Shown here one piece after another: positions 1 to 15,463 of a DNA stretch of 64,000 nucleotides (within the stretch, counting starts at the first letter, position 1; every line of letters starts with the position of its first letter). The stretch comes from the human T2T-CHM13v2.0 reference genome, Homo sapiens: the NCBI RefSeq assembly GCF_009914755.1, contig NC_060931.1. The stretch is one strand, 5' to 3'. Position numbers and translations under genes: made by a program. Under the pieces are notes generated by a model. That model saw nothing but the letters and a program-made list of their open reading frames with translations. It made no database searches and had not been told where the DNA came from.

Positions 1-66
1 TCGTGATCCGCCCGCCTCGGCCTCCCAAAGTGCTGGGATTACAGGCGTGAGCCACCGCGCCCGGCC
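1..66 (-). mobile_element. Alu (Y-like) 5' end, cut by the window edge
   Basis: Reverse complement of GGCCGGGCGCGGTGGCTCACGCCTGTAATCCCAGCACTTTGGGAGGCCGAGG. Confidence 0.95.
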
Positions 67-796
67 TTCCCTCTTTCTTAGTATTGATTTTGTTTATCTT
101 TTCAAAAAACCAAGCTTTCATTTTGTTGACCTTTTGTATCCTTTTTTGGTTTCAATTTTATTTATTTCTGCTCTGATCTTTATTATTTCCTTTCTTCTAC
201 TAATTTTGGGTTTGATTTTGTCATGCTTTTCTAATTCTTTAAGATGCTTTGTAAGGTTGTTTATTTGAAGTTTTTCTACTTTTTTGATGCAGGCACTTAT
301 TGCTATAAACTTTCCTCTTAATATTGTTTTTGCTGTATCTCATAGGTTTTAGAATACTGTGTTTCCATTTTTATTGTTTCAAGAAATTTTTTAATTTTCT
401 TATTAATTTTTGTATTTACCCACTGGTCATTCAGGAGCATATTGTTTAATTTCCATGCATTTGTATTGTTTCCAAAGTCCCTCTTGTTACTGACTTCCAG
501 TTTTATTCTACTGTGGTGTGAGAAGATACTTGATACAATTTCAATTTGTTTGAATTTTTTAAGACTTGTTTTGTGGCCTAACATATGGTCTATTCTTGAA
601 AATGATCCATGTGCTGAAGAGAAGGATGTGTGTTCTGCAGCTGTCAGATGAAGTCTTCTGTAAATATCTGTTAAGTCCATTTGGTCTATAGTACAGATTA
701 AGTTCAGTGTTTCTTTTTTGATTTTCTGTCTGGATGATCTGTCCATTGCTGAAAGCAGGGTGTTGAGATTTCCACCTGCTGTTATATTGGGGTCGG
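67..796 (-). mobile_element. Degenerate LINE-1 ORF2 endonuclease-region fragment
   Basis: Minus-strand translation GNLNTLLSAMDRSSRQKIKKE...SAHGSFSRIDHMLGHKTSL...WKLNNMLLNDQWV matches the L1 ORF2p EN domain; frameshifted downstream. Confidence 0.9.
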
Positions 797-975
797 TCTC
801 TCTCTCTCTCATTCTCTCTCTCTCTCTCTGTATGTGTGTGTGTGTGTATATACACACATATATGTGAGTGTATACACACACATATGTGAGTGTATATATG
901 TGTGTATACACACACATATGTGAGTGTATATACGTGTGTGTGTATATATGTGTTTGTGTGTATATACACAATATA
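797..975. repeat. Compound microsatellite: (CT)n then mixed (TG)/(TA)/(CA)
   Basis: Directly visible, with repeated TATGTGAGTGTATA/CACACA units. Confidence 0.9.
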
Positions 976-1197
976 TACTCAAAAGGATAATAACAGAGAA
1001 CTTCCCAAACCTAGAGGAAGATATCAATATATCTATATCTATATATATCAATATATGTAACATGATATATTATCAATATATACATCGTGTGTGTCCTGGA
1101 AACAGCAATGGTTGGTATAAATTGGAGGAATAGAGTAGCATACAAGGATGGAAAATGGCATGGGACTAGGCTGTAGAAGGCCTTTTAAAGAAAATCC

Positions 1198-1840
<643 letters not shown>

Positions 1841-4800
1841 TTAGATCTTACCCTGCAAGCAAAGGCAGGCTGTTGAAGACTTTTGAGGAAACAAGTGATT
1901 TAATTACACCTGTGATTTAGAAATACAATTTTGGTAGTTGTAGGAAGCATGAATAGGAGAAATTTGAGGCTAGTGGGACCCATCTAGCTACTGGAACAGT
2001 TCAGGATAGCAAAGACAAGGGTCTGTATTGTGGCAGTGGCAATGGAATGAAATGAAAGAATGCATAATTTGAGACCTGACTTATATTTCCTAAATGTATG
2101 TGCCCATTTCCAGAAAGACACAGACTGAAACAAGGTGTACTGGCTTATTTCAGGCCAGCCCCTGCTCAGGCCTGAGCACGCCCCCTAGTTAAGTAGTTAA
2201 TTGTGAGCACTGACTCGGGAGCTTGCCCCCAATTCCCTGTTCTCCAATTCCTAATTCCCTGATAGCAGTACATTTTCCAGTTTTCCTGGCCGTTCCCTTT
2301 CTAAAGCAAGGGAGGCAGTATTTGAAAACAACCTCTTTCCAATATTCATTAATTTGTCTTTTTGCTTACTTACATCTGCCCTTAACTTCCCTTTCTGGGC
2401 TTTCATTCTTCTCCCAAGGTCTCATACACAAGCACAGTCATGCTACTAGGTTGAGGAGTCTTTTTCTTCCACAAGAGACTAATTCAGCTGATACCATCCT
2501 AAAGACCAGGGGTATATGCATCCTTCAGGCAGATAATTACACAAAGACATGGGACACTAAGATGGCATTAAGATGGCATAACAACAACTCGTGACTGGTC
2601 TGAGATGAAAAATGAATGCGCTGAACATCCAATAGGCAGTTGGAAATTCAGGCTAGGCATTTATGAGGAATGTCAGTCCCTACCTCTTCCCCGCACCATG
2701 CTTGACCAAATAATGAGACATAAGCCTGCCTTGGGAATTGTGCTGTTTTATTACGGGACCCAGCAGGGGTGATCCCCATATGGAGAAGTACTTAATTCTC
2801 CCTTTGTATGGGCTCTACTTGTATTTATTAAAAAAGAAATATTTTGTCAAGTTGAACCATGCAGGAGTCAGATCTTTTCAACCTGGAGAAGGAAGCAGCA
2901 ATGTTCCACAGGCAGGAGCAATGCCATCTCTGAGTTCAACACAGCCAGAGCTAGGAAGCAGCCACAAAGAAAGAAGGGGACAGGGTCTGACAATGGTGAC
3001 TGCCAATCAGGAGAACACTTCTGGACACCCCAAAGAAGAAACGTGAATGGCCTGAGATTCACATTTAAGAATACAGTACCCAGCTCTCCATAGCTTCTGA
3101 GTCGCTCTGCCATGCAAACCAAATCCTGTGTGAATCATGATCAAGGTGCATTTCATATCCATTTTCTGATGAAAATGGAAAGTAGAAGGTAACTGGGCAA
3201 ACTGAGTGACTCCCCTGCTCATCTGCCAGAAGCTTTAGGTCTGGGGGAGAGATGGAATGACAAAGAATCTCAAGCAGAGAGCAAATTTGCGTAAACACTG
3301 CTTTGTAAAAATGAAGAGGGAAGAAATTGTAATTTATTTTCAGGCAAAGACAGAAAAATTACGGTTAAGCTTAAAAGAGAAAATGATACAACCCTTCTCC
3401 TCACTGAAGAGGCAAGTAAAGTGTATTTTTTCAGATCACAGCAGTGGTTTGTAAACTTTCTCGTTCTTTTCCATAGGCACCGGCCCCCACCATGAATAAT
3501 TAAAATCAAAGACTCTCCTCACACTTCTAATGTATTCAATTCTTTTCTATGTCTTTCCATGCCAAGATGCAATCTCAGCCCTTTGATTCCTTACCAAACC
3601 TTTAACTAGCCCTCATGGGAAGATGCTTTTGAAATGGTTCAAAGTTGGGCATCTACTAGAAGAAGAAACAGAGCAAAGAAATGGAGTCCTCCTCATGTGA
3701 GGTAATGAGCCCCTGAATAATTGACAATGGAGCTCCCCATGGCTCTCTTCTCTAATCAACACCACGCTCTCCCTCATTGCTGCAAGCAGCTCGTGTAACT
3801 CATTTAACACAGTGCTCATAGGTCAGACTCTGAAAAGAAAAAGGTAATGGATTTGATCTCTGTGAGAGGCTTTTCTTTTCCTTCGTAAAAGGCATGGAGC
3901 AGGGCCAGACAATAAAGGGAAAAGAACTCATATTTGCAGACAATCTGAAGGATGATTAAGAGTGATGGCTGAGAGACAACCAGGCATCTGGACGAAATGG
4001 TCTTTGGGATGGCTTGTAAAGAGGCACGCTGTATGCAGAGAAGAGCTTTCAGGGTTGGCTGAATTTCAGCACCCAGACGTGATAAAACATTGGGTGGACG
4101 ATCTTTGCAATGCAGGGCCCTCGAAATGATCTACCTGAGCCCATACAATTGCTTTATTTCTCTAGACAGGCTGCTTTATTTCCCTCTTATGTACTTGTTA
4201 TCTCTCTTCTCTCATGCTTTTGATTTCATCAACTTCCTTAGCTCATTTGTCCGCATTGACCTGGAGGGGCTTAGCTCTGTGGGGTTGGTATATTCTGCTA
4301 AGCTCTGGCTTTCACATCATTCAGATTGCACTGCTTTCCTGTGTACCTTTTCTACTAGCCTCCAGCACACCTGTTTTGTAACTTTTATTCTGTCATGTTT
4401 TGCATACCCAGTGCTTTTGAAGTTCTTTATTATTTACTGTTTGACCTTATTTTACTTTATTTCCATTCTTTCCTTGTCATCCACGTTTGGTGAGAGATAG
4501 TTTACATATAAGGGAAACAAGTCTTGGAATGTCACCTAGTTTAAGATTAAAGGCATTTCTTAATGCTAGGCACAATAGGGTTTTGCATATACAACCTCAC
4601 TGATTCTGCAAAATCTTAGTTAGGCATATCTGAACAGGGACGATGTATTTACAGTGAGGCACGTTATAAAAAAAGCTGACTGCGAGTTAGACTGAATTGC
4701 CACATATATTCATATAGTCAGTTACCTGCGCAATCCCATGTCCTGGTTCATCAGGTATCTTTGTGGCCATGGACTTGAAAAGCACAGCTAGTGAATGTGC

Positions 4801-4856
4801 AGAGTTGGAAAACACAACTGCAGTGTTCTGTACTTTGACAGCTTCTGTTCACGTAT

Positions 4857-5480
4857 GCATTCAGCAGTCAATATTTACTGAGTGCCCCAGGTACACAGCC
4901 CTGGGCCCTGGGGTATAGTGGGCAGCCCAGAGCAACATGATTCCTGCTCTTGCAGAGCTTATGCTCTGGAAAGACAGACTTCATAAAGTGATCAGACACA
5001 AATATGTAAAATTATCACTGCGACAAATGCTATGAAGAAGATGTGCCTGTTTCTGGGACAGCCAATGACAGGTGGATGAGACCCAACTGGAAAGCACGGG
5101 GAAGTCTTCTCTGAGGAAGTGATGCTTGAAGTGGGATGTGAAGGATGAGGAGGACTTACCCAGGGGAACGGGTGGGGGAAGAGCCTTTTGGGAAGAGGGA
5201 GCAACATGTGCAAAAGCCCCATGGGCAGGAAGAAGCATGGGGAGAGAGACTGGTTGGTGGGATAACAGAGCAAGGGGTGGAGGAGCTGTGTGAGATGAGC
5301 TGGGAGGGGGACTGGGGATAGAACACGCAGGGAGGGGGACTGGGGATAGAACACGCAGGGCCTGGCAGCCTTGTGATGAGGGTCTGATCTTTACTCTGAA
5401 AGACCATGGGGTGCCATGGAAGGGTTTTAAACAGTAAGCAGATAGATCAGATGAGTGTTTTGAAAAGGAACCATCTTATC
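4857..5480 (-). mobile_element. L2 (LINE-2) 3' fragment
   Basis: Begins cattcagcagtcaatatttactgagtgcc (reverse complement of the L2 3' end) with a typical L2 body; boundaries approximate. Confidence 0.7.
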
Positions 5481-5597
5481 TAGCAGGCTGAGGGGAGGAA
5501 AATACAAGTTGATTTGTATTTGAAAGCTTTTGTAGCCTCTTGACATACATACTTACTTAAAAGATGCTCTCCGTACCTCTGTGCTGAGTAGTGAGTA

Positions 5598-5945
5598 CAG
5601 TCGTGCACCACATAATGATGTTTTGATCAACAGTGGACTGCATATGTGATGGTAGTCCCATAATATTTTAATATGATATTTTTACTGTACCCTTTCTATG
5701 TTTAGATATGTTAAGATATACAAATACTACTGTGTTAAAATTGCCTACAGTATTCAGTACAATAACATGCTGTCCAGGTTTGTAGCCTAGGAGCTATAGG
5801 TTGGTGGGTAGGAGCTGTAACCTGGTGTGTAGGAGGCTATAGTATCTAGGTTTTTGTAAGTGTACTTCTTTGATAGTTGCATGACAAAATCACTTAATAA
5901 TGCATTTCTCAGAATGTATCCCTGTCATCAAGAGATGCATGCCTG
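5598..5945 (+). mobile_element. Tigger3a-like (TcMar-Tigger) non-autonomous DNA transposon
   Basis: 348 bp with degenerate TIRs CAGTCGTGCACCACATAATGA ... GATGCATGCCTG, flanked by TA on both sides. Confidence 0.85.
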
Positions 5946-7877
5946 TATTTTAATAAATAACAGTACAGGCCTTGGGGAGAACAAGAGAGTAGAAGAATAG
6001 AAGAAATTTCAGAAATATTGAACTAGGCACTTTACCCTTCCTGGAAATATTATTCCCATTGATTAGATCAGTAAAATTGACTCTCTGTGAAATTACTTTC
6101 AGGATATGAGGACAAGCTATCATTCCACTAATTGCTAGAGTTGACTCAACTGATCCTGCTGCTCAGGAGGACCTGGTATTTGATCAAAGCTATAGAGCAG
6201 CTGTGAGCCCCTGACAGGGTAACTTGTTCAGGTCAGAGCTAGACAGCCAGTGAGTTGTTGAGCCAGTATTTGAATATGTCTGTCAGGCTCCTGCTCTTTT
6301 TACTAGCTCGTTATTTCCTTACAAGGGAGGAAAACAAATGGACAAGAAAGTCACTATGACAGGTAAGAATTTTCCTCTAAGCAAGTCTTCAGGGCAAGGA
6401 AGAAATGGAGTGAGCTTAAGAGAGCTGATCAGTGAAAGTATCTTAGGTGATTGAAATAAATGAAGTAGATGTAAATCATGCACCAATGACTGGAGTCCTC
6501 AAACAGATAAACTCACCAATGGGTATATAACACTGTTTTACCCAACTTTTTCCCACTGGGAAATTCTGTGCCCACGTGACAGTCTTTGTTAAGGGAATCA
6601 GCCTCAATGCTTTGTTTCTCTGAACTCAGGGGCATATTATTTCCAGACTGTATGCCATGCCATTCAATCCCAGTGGCAGGATATGAGCAAGCTATGAAGA
6701 AGCTCCTCCCCAGTCCAGGCAAAGCCTCCAGCCAGGCAGGCCTGCACATTTATGGCCCAGACAAGCCACCTGGGTCCTGAGGAAGATAAAATGGGATTCT
6801 GCAGTGCTGAGGTGACAGTGTGTGGCAGGGTGGAGGGGACCATGCTTCTCTGTGCCCGGGACCCAGGAGTGCATGAGGGAGCCCTAGGGATCACAGTACC
6901 AGCCCCTTGACTGTGGAGTGTGTTCTCAGGCAGGACTGTGTGGCAGTGGCAAGAACTCATTAGTGACTTTGTGGACATGGGACTCACACAAGTGGGGACT
7001 AGAGCTGGAGAGGAAGATAAGGACGTATGCTACAGAATGAATGCAGCGGGCACACGGGAGGCACCCTCTGGGGCTCCTCTGTGGACACACTGTGAGAGGG
7101 GGCAACTGCCAGCTCTAAAGCTGGAAGTGGTTGCAGCTACTGTAACTTGGTCGTTAAAGGTAAATGTTACTAACTGCTGTTTATGGCAATATGGTGGATT
7201 AGATTCCCTAACCTTACCATTGCTGAATAGGGAAGAAAGTAAAGAATCATCTGATGCCAAAAGCAAAGTGAGAATAAGACTCCTGGAAGGTAAACAAGTA
7301 CAAAAGGCAGCTTGTGGCCAGAAAATAACTGCTGATTCCTGGGAACCTTGAGTTTCCATTTTGATGACTAGGCAATAATGATAGAAAATCAGCTTAGGGG
7401 CTACAAATGGAAAGTCTAATAGGAGATCCTTGCATGAACCGGAACCCCAAAGAACAATTCAAAAGAGAGTTGAAAAAATAAAAAGGGTAAGATAGAATAA
7501 GTGAAACTAATAGGAAAAGAACAAAAATGATAGAATTAAATACAAGTATAAGTAAATAAAATTAATGTAAATTGACTGAAATGACCATGGTGAAATATAT
7601 TGTTAAAATATAAAAAATCCAGGTTAATAGGCCAGAGAAACACATACAGTATAAAGACACAGAACGGTTAAAAGCAAAAGGATAAAAGAGACATACCAAA
7701 GAAAACTAGCATGCTTATAATAATATCAGACCAACTTTAAAGCAAAAAGCATTGACAGAGATACAGTAGGTCACTACATAATGAGAAGGATTTGATTCAC
7801 CTGGAAAATAAAAGAAATACCTGAGTACCAAAAAACATGTCCTCAAAGCATACAAAGTAAAAGTTGATAGCTCTTCA

Positions 7878-8004
7878 GGCTGGGTGTGTTGGCTGATGCC
7901 TGTAATCCCAGCACTTTGGGAGGCTGAGGCAGGAGGATTGCTTGAGCTTAGGAGTTTAAGACCAGCCTGGGCAACATTGTGAGGCCCCATTTCCATTAAA
8001 AAAA
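7878..8004 (+). mobile_element. Free left Alu monomer (FLAM-like)
   Basis: Single ~125-bp monomer with A tail and degenerate TSD aaaagttgatagctcttca / aaaagtcgactgcttttca. Confidence 0.8.
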
Positions 8005-8766
8005 GTCGACTGCTTTTCAAAGAAAAATTTGCAAAACCATTAGCAAAGATTTTTAAGAACCTACCCCAGTATTTAATAGATCAAATAGATAAAAATTAGT
8101 AAGACTATAAAATAGCTGAATAGTTCAATAACCAAACTTTATCCAATGAACAAATCTATACAACACAGCACTCAACAATTGCAGAATGCACATTCTTTCC
8201 AAGCTCACATGGATCATATATAAAAAATGCAACATGTTAGGCCAAGTTTGTAGCAAGTTGCAACAAAATTGAAAGACTGAAATCTTGTGGAGTATTTTCT
8301 CTGAAGACAAATTAAGAGTAGAAAACTAACTAGAAAATCCCCATACAGTCAGAAATAAAAAAACAAAAACACCTTCTAAATAATTCATGAGTCAAAGAAG
8401 AAATCATAGTGGAAATTAGAATGTATTTGGAACTTAATGAACATACTACATATTAAATCTACAGCCTTAAATTTGTATTTTAATAGAAATGAAGAAAGCC
8501 TAAGAACTACTACTCTAAGCATCCAACTTAGGAAAAAAAAAAAAAGAAGAACAACAGAGTAAACCCAGAAAGAATGGATGGAATGAAATATTAAGTATAA
8601 AAACAGAAATGAATAAGCAAGAAGACAAATATGTAAGCTGACTCTCTGAAAAGAATAAAAGAAAATTGAACAATCTTTGGCATGATTAATAAAGAAAAAT
8701 GGAATACCAGAACAGTAGTCAAATGAAACAGACACAAATACAAATACCCCAAACATTAAAAATAGC

Positions 8767-9080
8767 AGGCAGGTGAGGTGTGATGTCTCCCATCTGTAAT
8801 CCTAGCACTTTGGGAGGCTGAAGCAGTAGTATTGCTTGAGCCCAGAAGTTTGAGACCAGCCTAGGCAACGTGGTGAGAGCCATCTCTACATGAAAGAAAC
8901 AAATCAGCCAGGTGTGGTGGTGCACACCTGTGGTCCTTGCTACTTGGGAGGCTGAGGTGGGAGGATTACTTGAGCTCAGGAGGTTGATGCTGCAGTGAGC
9001 CATGTTTGTACCACTGCACTCCAGCCTGAGTGACAAAGAAAGATCCTGTCTCAAAAATGAAATAAGATAAAAATAAAAAT
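8767..9080 (+). mobile_element. AluJ
   Basis: Diverged dimeric Alu with J-type motifs (ttgcttgagcccag, aggttgatgctgcagtgagccatg). Confidence 0.85.
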
Positions 9081-11452
9081 GATATAAAAAGTTTGAAAAC
9101 TAAGATGAAATAGGTAAATTATTAGGAAGAAAAACAGTTTATCAGAATAGACTTAAAAAGCAATAGAAAATCTGAAGATAATTATTTAGAAACATAATTA
9201 GTGAACTAAAACTTTCACATAAAGAAAACATACTAGATCTGGATGAGTTTGCAGGTGTCTTCCACCAAACATTCAAGGATAATTCAAAACATACATAAAC
9301 TTTCCCAGACAACAACTGTAAACAACAGCAACAAAAAGGATTATTCTATTTCTCATTTTATAAGGTTAGGGTAACATTAATATCAAAATCTTTCCAAGAT
9401 ACTACAAGAAAATTATAGGCCAATCTTACTCAATAACATAGATATAAAAATCTTAAAGGAAATAACAGAAAATTGAATTGATCAATGCATAAAAATGATA
9501 CATCATGAATAAATAGGGCTCATCCCAGGAACTCAAGAGTAATTGAACCATAAAAATCCTTTAATATGATTAATCATATTAATTACCATATAAAAGAAAA
9601 AGATCAGATGGTATTGTCTATGGATGCAGAAAAAGTAGACAAAATTCAACATCTACTCATAATAAACTCTCCTAGCAAACTAGTAATAGAAGAAAATATC
9701 TTTAATCTGTTGAAGGTTATCTATAAAAACCTATTAAACATCATGTTTAATGAAATTTTAAAAAGCATTCTCTTTAAGATTAGAAATAAACAAAAGTGCC
9801 TGCTTTGACCACTTCTATTCAGCATCATACAGTAAGCCAAGCCAATGAAATCTAAAAAAAAGAAATAAAAGGACTTAAAGGGAAAAAAACCTCAAAACTC
9901 TAATTAGAGAAAATGTGATTTTTATGCAGAAAATCCAGAGGTAGGTACAGATAAATTATTTGAAGTAATAAGAGAGTTCAGTGAATTTTGCCTGATATAA
10001 TTGATCAATATACAAAATTCAGTTGCCTTTCTCTTCACTGGTTAACAGTTAATTTTAAAATGACATTAAAAATACTATAGCCAGGAGAAGAATAAAGTTG
10101 GAAGACTGACACTACTTACCTTCAAGACTTACTATAAAGCCACAGTAATCAGGACAGTGTGGTATTGGTGAAAGAATAGACGAATAGATCAATGGAACAG
10201 AATAGACAGAAATAGACCTGCATAAATATAGTCAACTAATCTTTGACAAAGGAGCAAAGGCAATGCAATGAAGAAAAAATAGTTTTTTCAACAAATGGTA
10301 CTGGAACAACTGGACATCCACATGCAAAAAAAATGAGTCGAGACACAGACCAAAACACCTTTCACAAAAATTAACTCAAAATGGATCCCGATCTAAATGT
10401 AAAATGCAAAACTATGAAACTCCTATAAGATAACATAGGAGAAAATCTATAAGACCTTGGATTTGGCAATGACTTTTTAGATATGACACAAAAGGCATAA
10501 TCTATGAAAGAAATAATTAGGAAGCTGGATTTCATTAAAATTAAAAATTTCTGCTCTGCAAAAGACACTGTCAAGAGAATAAAAGGACAAGCCACAGACT
10601 GGGAGAAAATATTTATGAAAGATGTATCTGATAAAGGACTGTTATCCAAAATGTACAAAGAACTCTTAAAACTCAACAATAAAAAGAAAAATAACCTGAT
10701 AAAAAGTGGGCCAAACACCTTAACAGATACCTCACCAAAGAAGATATACATATGGCAGACTAGCATATGAAAAGATGCTCCACATCATATGCCATCGAGG
10801 AAATGTAAATTAAAACAACAATGAGATACCACTGCATGCCTATCAGAATGGCCCAAATCCATAACAATGACGGAACCAAATGCTGATGAGGATATGGAGA
10901 AACAGAAACTCTCAATCATCACTGGTGGGAATGTAAAATGGTATAGCCAATTTGGAAGACTGCTGGTTGTTTCTTACAAAACTCAACATACTTGTATCAT
11001 ATGATCCAGCAATTGCATTCCTTGGTTTTTACTCAAAGAACTTGGAAACTTATGTCCACACAAAAATCTGCACACAAATATTGATAGCAGCTCTATTCAT
11101 AATTGCCAAAATCAGTAGTGCATCCAGACAATGGAATATTATTCAGCACTAAAAGAAATGAACTGTTAAGCCATTAAAAGACATGGAGGAAAGTTAAATG
11201 CATACTACTAAGTGAAAGAAGTCCATCTGAAAAGGCTACTACATACTGTATGATTCCAACTATATGACATGGTGGAAAAGGCAAAACTCTGCAGTCAGTA
11301 AAAAGATCAGTGGTTGCCAGGGGTTAGTGGGGAGGGAGGAATGAATAGTGGAACACGGAGAATTTTTAGAGCAGTAAAAATACTCTTTATGATACTATAA
11401 TGTGGATACATGCCATTATACATTTGTCCAAACCCATAGAATGTACGACACC

Positions 11453-12044
<592 letters not shown>

Positions 12045-12295
12045 TTAAAAATACTGTATTCAAGAGTAAAAATAAAACACAAAAAGTGCCTGAGAATCAG
12101 TCTAAGATATTTGCAGGTATGTTATGGAAAAAGCTATAAAACTTTAAGCACTTTATGGAAAATCTACATAAATGGATTACATCATGTTCATGGAAAGACT
12201 CGATATTATAAAGATGTAAATTTTTCCATATTTATACATGGATTTCAAGCAATTCCAATAAAATTCTAACAGGATTTTTTAGAAACTTGACAAGT

Positions 12296-12592
12296 GGCCG
12301 GGCACAGTGGCTCATGCCTGTAATCCCAGCACTTTGGAAGGCCGAGGTGGGCGGATCACGAGGTCAGGAGATTGAGACCATCCTGGCTAACACGGTGAAA
12401 CCCCGTCTCTACTAAAAATACAAAAAAATTAGCCGGGCGTGGTGGCAGGTGCCTGTAGTCCCAGCTACTCAGGAGGCTGAGGCAGGAAAATGGTGTGAAC
12501 CCAGGAGGCGGAGCTTGCAGTGAGCCGAGATTGTGCCACTGCACTCCAGCCCAGGCGACAGAGCAAGGCCCTGTCTCAAAACAAAAACAAAA
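12296..12592 (+). mobile_element. AluY-like
   Basis: Full Alu with TSD core ACTTGACAAG on both sides. Confidence 0.92.
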
Positions 12593-12894
12593 ACACTTGA
12601 CAAGAAAATTCTAAAATTATATGGAAGGGCAAAAGCCCAAGAACATCCCAACACCACTGAAGAATTAAGATGTGTGTCTGGGGGAGAGAAAGTTTCCCCA
12701 TACAAAACTCAACACTCATTAAAAGGTAGCTAAGTATGGCATTGATGCAGGGATAGACAAATAGACTAGTAGAACAGTATAAAGAATCCATATACAGACC
12801 ACTGCATTTATAGAAATTTAATTTATTATAGAGCTGTCATTGCAGATTGGTGGGGGGTGGGACAAAGAAATACTCATTAAATAATGATGCTGTG

Positions 12895-13259
<365 letters not shown>

Positions 13260-15463
13260 TCATACAGAGAAATCAACTGTAGGTGATTAAATACTTAGAT
13301 ATAAAAAGTAAAACTATACAACTTTTAGAAGAAGATATAAGAGAAGATGTTTAAGACCATGTCTTGGAGAATGATTTCTCAAACAAGACACAGAAAGCAG
13401 AAACTATAAAAAAAAAAAAAAGGGTTAAGCCAATTACGCTAAAATTAAGACTTTCTCATTATCAAAGAGCATCATAAAGAAAGTGAAACTGCAAGCCATA
13501 AGCTGGCATAAGATATCTGTATCACATTAATTGATGAAAAAGATCACCAATAATATATAAGCATTTCTATAATCAACATGAAGAAATATTCAACAGAAAA
13601 TGAGGAAAGACATGTACAGGCATTTTTTAGTTAAGAGAGAACATGAACGTCTAATAAATATAAGAAAAAATGATGAATATGAATTTGTAATCAAGAAATG
13701 CAAATCCAAATCTAAAATATATAATTTTCTACCTACCAGAATGAGAGTTTAAAAGTCTGACGTACAAATCTTGTGAGTGTGTGTAGTAAGAAAAACTTTT
13801 TTACATATGCTAATACAAGTATAACTTTGTAAAACCACCTTGGACAATACTTTTGTGTTACTTAGGTAAGTTAAATTTGTGCCCTCCAAGGCATCTAGTC
13901 TAGTCTAGAGAAAGTCTTGCATAGGTACAGCAGGAAAGATGTACAAAGATTGTATGAGTTACAACAAACTTGGAAACAACCAAAGTGTAAATTGACAGGG
14001 AAAATCTCAAATGTCCATAAAATGGAAAAATAGATAATTATTATAGGTTGTAGCATATTCACATAATGAAATAACTTATAGCAGTGAAAAATAAATGGAC
14101 TATAGCTTCATGCACCAACCTTGGATGAATCTCATGAACATAACATATAGAAAGCAAACCACAGAGAAGAACATGTACAGTATGGTTCAGTTACATAAAG
14201 TTCACAAAGTGCACCAAGCTAAAGGTTATAGTTGAGAGATACACACATCTGTGGTAACAACAGAAGAAATGTCAAGTGCTTTATTTAGGAAGGTGGTTCC
14301 CTCTGAGGGCTGGAGAGTAGGAGGAGAATGAAATCATGGGAGCTTGGTAATGTTCTGTTTTTTAAGTGGGGCTATGGGTTCATGGGTCCTTGAATCATGG
14401 TTAGTATTTACACTTATTACATATGTTAGAAATATTCTTGTAAATCGTTTTATGTTTAATAAAAACAATATATAAACCAAGATGCTTTTGTATTGACTAG
14501 TTATATCTGGTCTATAGAAGGAAAGGTGACTAATTTAGAAGAAGCTAATTTCAGGGAATGTTGCTTTTCCTTTAAAAAAAAGATGGGCAAATGATATTTT
14601 TTTGTGCATTGATTGGTTGAACAAAATGTTTTAGTCATTCCAAAGCCCATTGCAGGCAGACTTTTGCATCATGTGAGTTTCAGAAAGTAGGTAAACCATC
14701 TTATAAATAAGCTTATGTGATGCTAAATAGGCATACACAAATGGTACCCAGCTGCAAGTGATGAAGTTATGAAATAATGTTCTTTTTCATCATAAAAATA
14801 CATTTTATGGAAATGCGAACTATATTACACTTTTATGGAAACAGGAAAATATTTTACCATTTTAAGAGCAAACGATCTCCTTTCAGATTTCTCTTTTAAC
14901 TTGACTCTCAGATTTTTATTTAAGCACTTAGAATTTCTATTCTTTCCCTCCAAATGTCTCCTGATTTCTTACATTCCCTGTTTTACTGAGCTTTGCCAAT
15001 ATTATTTTTTATGTTCATTATTTTTTGCCTGTGTTTTCTATTTAGTTTTGGCTTTTAATTAGGTTATATTCCTAGGAGCTTTGTATCAGAGATTTTATTC
15101 ACTAGCTATGAAAATTTCATCCCTCCCAATTTTATTAGGCCATTTTACAAACGTAAGTCTTCTTTTTATAAACAGCTCCAGTAATATTTTCTAATAATTT
15201 ATTATCCTTTTCCTTAAAATCTGAATGTCCATTGTGTTTCTCTTATGACACCAGCCTTCTTGACTGACTGAAGAAAAGCAAGCAGACGTGACAATGATAT
15301 ATCTCTTTTTATTATTCCCCTTATTTTCTGCATTCACAGATTGTGTTTTGTTTTATCTATTCAACTTTTAATACATCAGTATTAACTGATGTTGAAAAAC
15401 CATCTAGTATAATAATTAAAGTCAAAACTTGCTACTCTCCACTGGTTTTTTGATAAAGTGAAT

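Noticed and set aside
318-971. 217-aa minus-strand ORF as a protein-coding gene
   Set aside because: It is a chimera of microsatellite translation (YTH/ER repeats) and a decayed L1 ORF2 fragment.
10371-11152. L1 ORF2-like ORFs as an active LINE
   Set aside because: Fragmented, frameshifted, interrupted by Alus, and lacking a 5' UTR or intact ORF1.
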